Origin: Polyangiaceae bacterium
GTDB taxonomy: Bacteria; Myxococcota_A; Polyangia; Polyangiales; Polyangiaceae
Length of the DNA stretch: 20,145 nt
Direction: 5' to 3'
Assembly (NCBI GenBank): GCA_965222375.1
Contig: CBDCTZ010000010.1
Location: 1 to 20,145, forward strand
The notes under the pieces are model-generated. The model worked only from the letters and a program-made list of their open reading frames with translations. It had not been told where the DNA came from and did not search any database. The translations under genes and the position numbers were made by a program. Below are positions 1 to 7,671 of this stretch, piece by piece (position 1 is the first letter of the stretch; each line of letters starts with the position of its first letter).

Positions 1-909
1 CGGACGACGAGGCGGGTAGCGACAAAACGCCCCACGCTCCGCTGCGGTTGACGACGGAGGCTACCTTGGTCCCAACGACCACGCGAGTCGACCCGGCGGA
101 CGCGCGCTCGCCTGCGATACTCGAGGAACGCGACGCCATGCTCAAGGACGGGCTGGGTACATGGAACGACGGGCCCGCAGAGACCTATCAAACTCGCACG
201 CCGCCGGGGGTGAGCGCACCGGCCGTCGGCGCTTCGCCCAAACGCTTGGTGCGTTTCGTTCACATGCCGGATCTGCAGCTTGCCGACGACGAGTCGCCGA
301 CGCGGCTGTGTGGCTTCGATGCCCCAGGGCTGTTCTCGCCGGCCTTCCGCCCGCAGGACAGCAATATGTGTCACATGCTGAATGCTGCGGTGAAGAGCGT
401 GAACGAGCTCAGCAGCATGGATCCCATCGACTTCTTGATGCTCGGGGGTGACAACGCCGATAGCGCTCAGGAAAACGAGGTCAACTGGGTGCTGTCGATC
501 CTGAGTGGCGCCGACACCGTCGAGTGCGACTCCGGCGACAACGACGACCCGCGAAAGGGAGCTAACAACGACGGCAAGGACCCCTTCAAGGCGCCCGGAC
601 TGGATGTGCCTTGGAAGTGGGTTACCTTCTTGGAGACCACAGCCGGGGCTGGGGCATTGGGAAGTGATGACCAGCGCTCTAGCGGACTACCCGCATCAGA
701 TCCGCATCGTCGAGATCTGGGATCAGGATAACGGCTTTCTGATGATGCGAACGACCAACGTGGACTTTGCGACCTACGATGACGAAGTGGCCAAGGAGGC
801 GCGTACTCTGGGGATCTTGGATTTCGCGTCTGGCTGGGGAGACGGCGAAGGCAGCGGCGCTCTGGAGGATCGCAACGTCGAGATCTGGATCGAAAAGCCC
901 AAGCCCTGA
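1..909 (+). pseudogene. Calcineurin-like metallophosphoesterase (TIGR03767/TIGR03768-like), 5' end outside the window; internal deletion plus frameshift near 627 (or assembly artefact)
   Basis: The frame of ORF 48..731 is open from position 3. It has HMPDLQLADDESP, FRPQD and LGGDNADS..ENE motifs and reaches 'GLDVPWKWVT', where GNHD is expected but absent. The family's C-terminal motif 'WEVMTSALADYPHQIRIVEIWD...DRNVEIWI' follows immediately in a different frame (ORF 505..909). Confidence 0.7.
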
Positions 910-947
910 ACGCTGGGTCGTCGAATCCGCCATCGACCCCCGCAGGT

Positions 948-2825
948 TCACTTCTTCGCGGCGAGTTCGGCGATGAGCTCCCGCAAGGTCTCTTCGGCTA
1001 TGGGCTTGGTCAACCGGCGGTTACCGACGGTTTCCAGAAACTGCTCGGCGCGCGGGGTGAACGCGCCGCCCGTGATGAAGACCACCTTTTCGACCAACTC
1101 AGGACGGTATTGAGTCAGGGCGACGTGGAAGTCCACACCGCTCATTCCGGGCATCATCACGTCGCAGAGGATCAGGTCGAAGGACAGGCCTTGCAATAAC
1201 AGAATCAGGGCTTCGCGTGCATCCCGGGCAACAGTCACGTCGTGCTGGCCGCGCAAACTGCGCTTGAGCGCTCGACCGATGAGCGGCTCATCGTCGATCA
1301 CCAAGATCCCGGCTTTGGGCACGTCGGGTACCGAACTTCTAGGTGCCGTGCGAGGCCGTAGAGACACGGCTTCGCCGACAGGCAGGAGTACCCGGAAGGT
1401 CGTGCCTTTGCCCACCTGGCTCTCGACGGTGATTCTCCCGCCCGCGCGGGTGACGATGCCATGACAGACGGACAGACCCAAGCCCGTACCCGTCTCCATG
1501 GGTCGGGCCGTGAAGAAAGGCTCGAAGACCCGATTGATGGCATCAGCCGGGATCCCCGCGCCGGTGTCTGACACGACGATTTCTACGTTGTCGCCGTCGC
1601 CGGGGCCCAAACCAACGACGATTCGGTTCTTGTCCGTGTCGCCTTCGGAGATGGATTGGGAGGCGTTGAGGAACAGATTGACCAGGACTTGCACCAGGCG
1701 TTGAGAGCCGATGGCCACGTTGCGTGTGGGTTGAAACTCACGTCCGAGTCGAGCGCGATGGCGGATTTCGTTCTGGACGATGGCAACGGCGGCTTCGATG
1801 GCGGCGCGGGGGTCGGCGGTTGCGGAACCCGGCAGGTCCGGGCGAGAGAACGTCTTCAAGTCGCCGACGACTTGGGCCACGCGATTGATGCCGGAGAGGG
1901 TCTCTTCCAGTGCCACACAGGCTTCTTGCGCCTGCTCCATTACCTCGGGTGCGGATTGGCCCAGCGCATGTTGGGTGCTGGTTAGCACTCGCCGTGCAAA
2001 CTCAACGTTTGTCGTGAGGTAGGACAGAGGGTTGTTGATCTCGTGGGCCACGCCGGCGGCGAGGAAACCAACGCTCGCCATGCGCTCGGATTGCACCAAG
2101 GAGGTCTGCATGCGTTTCTGCTCAGTCAGATTGCGCACGAGCAACAGCGCGTCTTCGGAACCGCAGGGCAGAATTCGAGCCTCGAATACCCGAGGCTCGA
2201 CGCCCTCTTTGACGCGGGAATACTCTACGGTGCTGTGGTCTCGTCGCTCCAGAGCACGCTCGATGGCATCTTCGATGGCTGCGGCTTGGGCATCTGGAAA
2301 CAACTCCGTGACCGATAGCCCTGCAGGGTTATCGGTTTCCAGTCCAGCTTGTTCGGGGTTGGAAATGTCGGCGTCCAAGCAACGACCATCCCGCCCGAAA
2401 CGCAGCATGCAGTCGGGCATGGCACTGAGCAGAGCGCTTGCCCGTTGCTCGGCGACACGCTGGTCTGTCACGTCGACGACGGCCCCTTCGAAGTACTTGA
2501 CGTTTCCCTGACCGTCTTTGACAGCGCGGGCACTGTCTCGTAGCCAACGGATGCTGCCGTCCTTGCGGCGTTTCTGCACCTCGAAGTCGGTGACCTTGCC
2601 GTCTTTGGCCATGGCCTCCTTCCAGCGCAGGCGGTCTCTCGGGTCCACGTAGAGATTCACGCTCTGCACGTGGCGCAGCTCTTCCCAGCTGTCGTAGCCC
2701 AGGATTTTCACCAGGGTTGGATTGGCGTCCAAGAAGGCCCCCGCGGGCGTGGTTTGGTAGACCCCCACCGGCAAATGCTCGAATAGCTCGCGATAACGGT
2801 CCGCGCGCGAGACTTTGACGCGCAT
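948..2825 (-). CDS. Cytoplasmic hybrid sensor histidine kinase (PAS-PAS-HisKA-HATPase_c-REC)
   Basis: PAS/PAC (LFEHLPVGVY...RRKDGSIRW), second PAS (LLSAMPD), H-box AGVAHEINNPL, N-box QVLVNLFLNA, G1 DTGAGI, F-box FEPFFT, G2 GTGLGL, and receiver ILVIDDE...LILCDVMMPGMSG...KP. No TM helix. ATG at 2825 chosen; the ORF is open to 2906. Confidence 0.95.
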   Translation of the reverse strand: MRVKVSRADRYRELFEHLPVGVYQTTPAGAFLDANPTLVKILGYDSWEELRHVQSVNLYVDPRDRLRWKEAMAKDGKVTDFEVQKRRKDGSIRWLRDSARAVKDGQGNVKYFEGAVVDVTDQRVAEQRASALLSAMPDCMLRFGRDGRCLDADISNPEQAGLETDNPAGLSVTELFPDAQAAAIEDAIERALERRDHSTVEYSRVKEGVEPRVFEARILPCGSEDALLLVRNLTEQKRMQTSLVQSERMASVGFLAAGVAHEINNPLSYLTTNVEFARRVLTSTQHALGQSAPEVMEQAQEACVALEETLSGINRVAQVVGDLKTFSRPDLPGSATADPRAAIEAAVAIVQNEIRHRARLGREFQPTRNVAIGSQRLVQVLVNLFLNASQSISEGDTDKNRIVVGLGPGDGDNVEIVVSDTGAGIPADAINRVFEPFFTARPMETGTGLGLSVCHGIVTRAGGRITVESQVGKGTTFRVLLPVGEAVSLRPRTAPRSSVPDVPKAGILVIDDEPLIGRALKRSLRGQHDVTVARDAREALILLLQGLSFDLILCDVMMPGMSGVDFHVALTQYRPELVEKVVFITGGAFTPRAEQFLETVGNRRLTKPIAEETLRELIAELAAKK

Positions 2826-3053
2826 TTTGCTCTTGGGGCGGCTGGACACGGGGCTTTGAACGAATGGACGGCCGCCTCGGGGAAAGCTTGAGGCAGCAAC
2901 GCCCACAGCCTTCAGGCTGGAGAAATACGAAGGCGCTTCCAGTGTGCGCGCTCGGCTTTGGGGCGTGTTGTCGCAGGACGACCCGCAGGCGACGTCAGGG
3001 TTTGGGTTGTCGGCCGGTCGCGCCGTGGCGGGTCGTGACGCCTTGGTCGCGAT

Positions 3054-3749
3054 TCAGCTAGCGCTCTCGGCGGAATCCGCCGGCGGTTTGCTCTCCATGA
3101 TCTTGCGGCTGATCCAAACGTAGGCGCCAAAGCCTAGAATCACTCCGGGAATCACGAACTTGGCGTTGGCTTTCACGATGTCCTTGCCCTGGTGCACGAT
3201 TTCGGCGTAGCTCATGGCCGCGGTGTGGGTCCCGATGGTGTAACCAATGATCGTGAGGGTCACGACCCAGATCCCCGCGCCGAGCCCAGTCCAGAGGCTG
3301 AAGCTGCCGAGCGGCATTCGCGAGATTCCTGCGGGAATGGAGATCAGCTGGCGGATGGCCGGCAACAGGCGGCAGAAGAACGTCGCGCCGGCGCCGTATT
3401 GGCGGAAGACTTCTTCAGCCCGCTTCAGCTTGGGTGGCGGCAGCAGAAAGTACTTGCCGTACTTCTCGAGGAATGGTGTGCCCAGCCAACTGAACAAATA
3501 GTAGTTGATATAGGCGCCAGCCAACGAACCTGCGGTGCCGGCCACGATGCACAGAACAGCGTCCATCATGGGGCTTCCCGTACTCAGCTGCCCGCGCGCC
3601 GCCAGGAAGCCCGCGGGGATCATCACGACTTCACTGGGGAAGGGGATGAAGGAGCTTTCCAGCGTCATGAACAGGAAGACGAGAATGATGCCCCAGGTGG
3701 CAGCGTTCGCTGCGGCGGCCTCGATGTATTGAATAAGGATGTCGGTCAC
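3054..3749 (-). CDS. DedA family membrane protein
   Basis: ESSFIPFPSEVVMIPAGFLA, GSLAGAYINY and FFCRLLPAIRQLISIPAG.RM motifs; several hydrophobic helices; GTG start preceded by GAGG. Confidence 0.93.
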   Translation of the reverse strand: MTDILIQYIEAAAANAATWGIILVFLFMTLESSFIPFPSEVVMIPAGFLAARGQLSTGSPMMDAVLCIVAGTAGSLAGAYINYYLFSWLGTPFLEKYGKYFLLPPPKLKRAEEVFRQYGAGATFFCRLLPAIRQLISIPAGISRMPLGSFSLWTGLGAGIWVVTLTIIGYTIGTHTAAMSYAEIVHQGKDIVKANAKFVIPGVILGFGAYVWISRKIMESKPPADSAESAS

Positions 3750-3844
3750 GGAAAACCTCGCAGTCGGCGGTTAGCGCAAGTTTTGCCGTGCGTCGAATTT
3801 CCCGCGCGCTGGGGTCCGGGCGTGGGACAAAAGGCGTCTGACGT

Positions 3845-5002
3845 CTAGTTTGGCCGGGCAAAGACGAAGGGGAACGTGACCGAGGTCGAACGCTCCGCCG
3901 CCGGGAATCGCCAGCGGCGCGCCTGCCGCGCCACGCAAGCCCCCAGGCCCGGATAGCCCGTGGGGTCAGCGGCCCTAGCGCGGGTCACGGTGCCCGACGG
4001 AGCGACGACAAGCGACAGACTCACCCGCGCGGTACGCGGCGCGTCGGCTGCATCCTTGCGGATGGCCCAACAGGCTCGCGCAACGCTGGCGCGATTCTGA
4101 GAGATCACTCGCCGGATTTCCGAAAAAGACAGCTTTGATCTGGCCCTCTTGGGCGGCTTGGACCAGGGATCGAGCACCGACGACTTCGGCGGCGAAGGCT
4201 TACGCGTCGTAGCAACTGAAAGGTCGCTGCTCGATACCGGTGGTGTACCCCATGGGTTCAGCACCTTCGAGCCCCTCCTGGGCGGTGCCGGCGATTTTTT
4301 GAAGGGATTAACCAGCGTTGAATCGCCCGAGCTACTGAAGACGAAGGGCACGTTCACTGTGCCGCCCCCCTTGGAGACCGGGAACCGCCACGTCCGAGCT
4401 TGCCGAGAGACGCAGCGCGCTAGCCCCGGATAGCCTCGGTCGCTCCCAGTCGTGATTGCGGAAATGACCCGACCGTCCGCGCCGACTTTCAAGCGAGTGG
4501 ATAGCCGCACCGAGTCCGGTGCACCCGGGCTCCGCTTGGCCAGCGCTGGGGCGAAGCAGCGCCGGCGTAGGGCGCGCTTTTGCACTGCCACGACCCGTTG
4601 AGTGGCACGAGGGCTCAGTTTGCGCGAGGAATCGCCCCAGGGGTCGAGCACCTTTGCGTCCGCTACCTTATTGCCCCCTGCCCGTGGAGTCGGCAGCCGC
4701 TTGAAGGGTTTGACCAAGCTTCGAGAGGGCTTCGCGCTGCCCGCCGGCGCAGCGGCGATCGTCTCCCCTGGGACCGTGGGCTCTGGGGAAATCCGGTGCA
4801 TCGTGCTGCGAGTGCCCGCCCAGACTGCCACTGCCGCGGCAAGCGCCACCGCCCCAATAGCCATCGCGCGCCACGGCATTCGCACCGGCAACTTCAGAGA
4901 CTGCGCCCCCGGCTGATAGCGAAGGCTCGACAAGGTCTCTTCCAAACCCCGCACCTCTTCGTCCACGGCGCCGGCGCCGTCCCACACGTAGTCACTCGTC
5001 AT
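3845..5002 (-). CDS. Putative anti-sigma factor: short cytoplasmic N-domain, one TM helix, two AgmX/PglI C-terminal (TonB_C-like) domains
   Basis: 4-bp ATGA overlap with the ECF sigma gene; N-terminus DYVWDG...EVRGLEETLSSLR; TM AMAIGAVALAAAVAVWAG; two copies of 'RxC....V...G.V.......YPGL..CV.RQAR.WRFP......V..PFVF'. Confidence 0.75.
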   Translation of the reverse strand: MTSDYVWDGAGAVDEEVRGLEETLSSLRYQPGAQSLKLPVRMPWRAMAIGAVALAAAVAVWAGTRSTMHRISPEPTVPGETIAAAPAGSAKPSRSLVKPFKRLPTPRAGGNKVADAKVLDPWGDSSRKLSPRATQRVVAVQKRALRRRCFAPALAKRSPGAPDSVRLSTRLKVGADGRVISAITTGSDRGYPGLARCVSRQARTWRFPVSKGGGTVNVPFVFSSSGDSTLVNPFKKSPAPPRRGSKVLNPWGTPPVSSSDLSVATTRKPSPPKSSVLDPWSKPPKRARSKLSFSEIRRVISQNRASVARACWAIRKDAADAPRTARVSLSLVVAPSGTVTRARAADPTGYPGLGACVARQARRWRFPAAERSTSVTFPFVFARPN

Positions 5003-5553
5003 TGGTCAGTCAGTCTTTCTCGCAACAAGCGCATGCCACGGTGCAGATTAACCCGAACGGAACCCGGTGATAGCCCTGTGCGCTCAGCGATTTCAGGCCC
5101 CGTCATGCCCTCCACCAGGCGCAGCACCAAGGGCTCTCGGTACGCTTCGGGCAACTCGCGGATCACCACCAGCACTTGCTCTGCTTCAGCGCGCCGAGGA
5201 TCCGCCGAGGGAATGTCTTGGGAGAGCTCGAAGTGCTGTCGGCGGCGGCGCAGGAAGTCCCTGGCTCGGTTCCGAGCCACACTGCAGAGCCAAGCCCCAA
5301 AGGCTCCTGGCTCCTTCAGGCCGCCGAGTCTCGCGTGGGCGGTCAGGAACACCTCTTGAGTGAGGTCGTCCGCGTCCGCTTTTGGCAAGGACGCCAACAA
5401 GACCCCGTGAACGAGGGGCGCGTAGCGTTCGAACAAGCGCCCGAAAGCGACGTCGTCGCCGCGTTGAGCTGCTCGCACCAGCGCGGCGTCTCCAGCGCTG
5501 CCCGTCGAAGCGTGCGTCAGTGCGCCCTCTGTGCCGCTCTTGGAAGCTCTCAC
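4999..5553 (-). CDS. ECF-type sigma-70 family RNA polymerase sigma factor
   Basis: Region 2 (ADDLTQEVFL...FGAWLCSVARN) and region 4.2 (LPEAYREPLVLRLVEGMTGPEIAERTGLSPGSVRVNLHRG). Start uncertain: GTG at 5553 chosen; the ORF is open to 5613. Confidence 0.93.
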   Translation of the reverse strand: MRASKSGTEGALTHASTGSAGDAALVRAAQRGDDVAFGRLFERYAPLVHGVLLASLPKADADDLTQEVFLTAHARLGGLKEPGAFGAWLCSVARNRARDFLRRRRQHFELSQDIPSADPRRAEAEQVLVVIRELPEAYREPLVLRLVEGMTGPEIAERTGLSPGSVRVNLHRGMRLLRERLTDQ

Positions 5554-5654
5554 CGGCGCGGACCATTGTGCACTCTTGGCTGCTTCTGGGTGGCCGAAGT
5601 GCAAAGGCCCCAAGCTGGCCGCTCCAAGACAAACGTGTCGGTTGATGGAGTTGA

Positions 5655-5681
5655 GACGCGGGGTCGGGCCGATGTGTTAAC
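5655..5681 (-). promoter_or_regulatory. Putative ECF-dependent (autoregulatory) promoter
   Basis: The minus strand reads GTTAAC-N17-CGTC upstream of the sigma gene, matching the general ECF AAC...CGT(C) -35/-10 pattern. Confidence 0.45.
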
Positions 5682-5738
5682 CAGAGCGAGGTCGATTCTC
5701 CGCAACCTCATGAATTGCTTGGTCAATTCCCGCTCGCT

Positions 5739-6269
5739 TCAGCGAAACATCGGCTCCAGGGTACGAGCGAGCTTGTCCTCGGATCGGGCGCGCCGCTCCG
5801 CCGAGCTGTTCTCGATATTTCGCACCAGAGTGCGGATGTGTTTGCGATCCAGCTCAGGGTGGATCTCCAGGAGTGCGTTGAGGGCCTCGTTGCCCTGTCC
5901 GAGCAGCTTGACGATCCACTCCCGCGCTAGGGCATCGCTGGCGGCACGCGGGCCGAGCGGGGCGACCTGTCCGTGTTTCTGCAGTTGGTTGAGGCGCGCT
6001 ACGATTGACGGCCAGTTGTTGTCGCGTAGTTGACCGCGGACAACTCGAAGTTGGCGGTTGCGCGCGCCGTGCGAGCGCATGGCTTTGGCGGACAAGACCG
6101 AATCGAGCACGTCTTCGGGCAGCTCGAGTTTGGAGAGCTTTGCTTCGGACAGCTCCGAGAGGCTCTTGGCCAATCGTGCTAAGGCATCTTCCCGGGTTTT
6201 CCGTGCCCGTTTGATGTCGCTCCGCGACGTCAGGTCTTCCTCGTCCGCGTCGTTTCGCTCCTCCGGCAT
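5739..6269 (-). CDS. yjgA: Ribosome biogenesis factor YjgA/DarP (DUF615)
   Basis: SRSDIKR...LARLAKSLSELS..KL.KLELPE.VLDSV...SHGARNRQLRVVRGQLR, and HPELDRKHIRTLVRN, at the typical ~175 aa length. Confidence 0.88.
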   Translation of the reverse strand: MPEERNDADEEDLTSRSDIKRARKTREDALARLAKSLSELSEAKLSKLELPEDVLDSVLSAKAMRSHGARNRQLRVVRGQLRDNNWPSIVARLNQLQKHGQVAPLGPRAASDALAREWIVKLLGQGNEALNALLEIHPELDRKHIRTLVRNIENSSAERRARSEDKLARTLEPMFR

Positions 6270-6358
6270 GTCGCGACTGTGGCATACCCCCGAAGATTGC
6301 GCACGACTGGTGCTCGGTTTCCGTTGACCTCCGCTCGGCTTCGGCGCGAGATCCGCGC

Positions 6359-7381
6359 ATGCGGCCCTGGTCGAAGCCCCTCGTCAGCCAGATCGAAGAG
6401 CGCGTCATCGAAAGCACAGTGTTGCGCGGCAACCCTCTGGGGGACCCCCACGAGCGCCCGATTTGGGTGCAGCTCCCGCCAGCCTACGCCGCCGACGCCA
6501 ACCAGCGTTTCCCTGTCGTTTACCAGCTCATGGGCCTGACTGGACAAATCGACATGTGGAAGAACCGGGCTGCGTTTCGTCTGAATGTTCCCGAACTCTT
6601 TGACGAAGTGCTGCAAAAACAGGACGTGCCGCCCGCCATTGTCGTCTACGTGGATTGTTGGACCTCCCTGGGCGGCAGCCAGTACGTAGATTCTCCCGGG
6701 ACCGGTCGCTACCAGACCTATCTATGCGATGAAGTCGTGCCTTGGGTGGACGTCCAGTATCGAACCCTCGCTGCACGAGAGCATCGAGGCGTGCAGGGCA
6801 AGTCCAGCGGTGGTTATGGCGCCATGATCGTGCCCATGTGCCGGCCCGACGTTTTCTCCGGCTTGGCCACCCACGCTGGCGATGCCCTATTCGAGAACTG
6901 CTTCCTGCCGGGTTTTCCTCAATGTGTCCGCGCGCTCCGAGACGAGTATCACGGCTCTTTCGACGAATTCTGGAAGAGCTTCCGCAGCAGGCCGCCCTTC
7001 AGTCGCGAAAGCGACATGCATATGCTCAACACTTGGTGCATGGCCGCCTGCTTCTCCGCGGATGAAGACGGCAGCGTGCGGCTACCCTTCGATCCGCGCA
7101 CCGGCGCGCTGATCCGCGAGACCTGGGAGCGGTGGCTGGCGCTGGATCCGGTGCGAATGGTCGAAAAACATGCCGATGCGCTACGCGGAATGAAAGCCAT
7201 CTACGTGGATGCGGGCAATCGAGATCAGTGGTTCCTGGATCTCGGCGCAACGGCTTTCGTTCGGCAGCTGGAGAGAAACGGGGTATCCAACTTCTTCTTC
7301 GAGCTGTTCAACGCGACTCACACCGCCATCGAGTATCGCTACCCAATTGCCTTGGAATACTTGGCCAAACGCCTGGTCTGA
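6359..7381 (+). CDS. Alpha/beta hydrolase-fold esterase (enterochelin esterase/Fes-like, PF00756-type)
   Basis: GNPLGDP.ER.IWVQLPP.Y, nucleophile elbow GKSSGGYG, IYVDAG..D, and a C-terminal His (FNATH). Confidence 0.9.
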   Translation: MRPWSKPLVSQIEERVIESTVLRGNPLGDPHERPIWVQLPPAYAADANQRFPVVYQLMGLTGQIDMWKNRAAFRLNVPELFDEVLQKQDVPPAIVVYVDCWTSLGGSQYVDSPGTGRYQTYLCDEVVPWVDVQYRTLAAREHRGVQGKSSGGYGAMIVPMCRPDVFSGLATHAGDALFENCFLPGFPQCVRALRDEYHGSFDEFWKSFRSRPPFSRESDMHMLNTWCMAACFSADEDGSVRLPFDPRTGALIRETWERWLALDPVRMVEKHADALRGMKAIYVDAGNRDQWFLDLGATAFVRQLERNGVSNFFFELFNATHTAIEYRYPIALEYLAKRLV

Positions 7382-7671
7382 GCGCGTTCGGCCCGCCATG
7401 GCGCCGCTCGCAATACCCATCGTACCGGCACTGCCTAGTCCTGCGACGGGAATGCTCCGCCCGTTTCAGAACGTAGACCCCGTACTGACACCCGTCATGC
7501 GTCCCTCGCGACGAGGATGTACGTCGAGGTGCGCACGCTCGTGCTCTTCAGTGGTCAGAGCGCGTGGCAGCGGGTTCGCGGCCTTCCTCCAGATATTGCC
7601 GCCCACTTTTGCCACTGCATGGCTATAGTCGTCGGATCTGAAAATCCCACACACCCCAAAGGGGAGAGGTC

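Noticed and set aside
620..640. Programmed frameshift in the phosphoesterase gene
   Set aside because: No slippery heptamer is present, and the fused product would still lack essential metal-binding motifs.
5688..5729. Two small hairpins (GAGGT/ACCTC and GAATTG/CAATTC) after yjgA
   Set aside because: The stems are 5-6 bp with no U-tract, too weak to call a terminator or operator.
5176..6033. Long alternative ORFs (5176..6033, 4580..5359, 15766..16728, 11450..12190, 14345..15232)
   Set aside because: They overlap well-supported genes and have no recognisable motifs, as expected in high-GC DNA.
7382..7671. 290-bp intergenic region as a riboswitch or sRNA
   Set aside because: Only short GC stems and a TATAGT -10-like hexamer; no recognisable RNA family motif.
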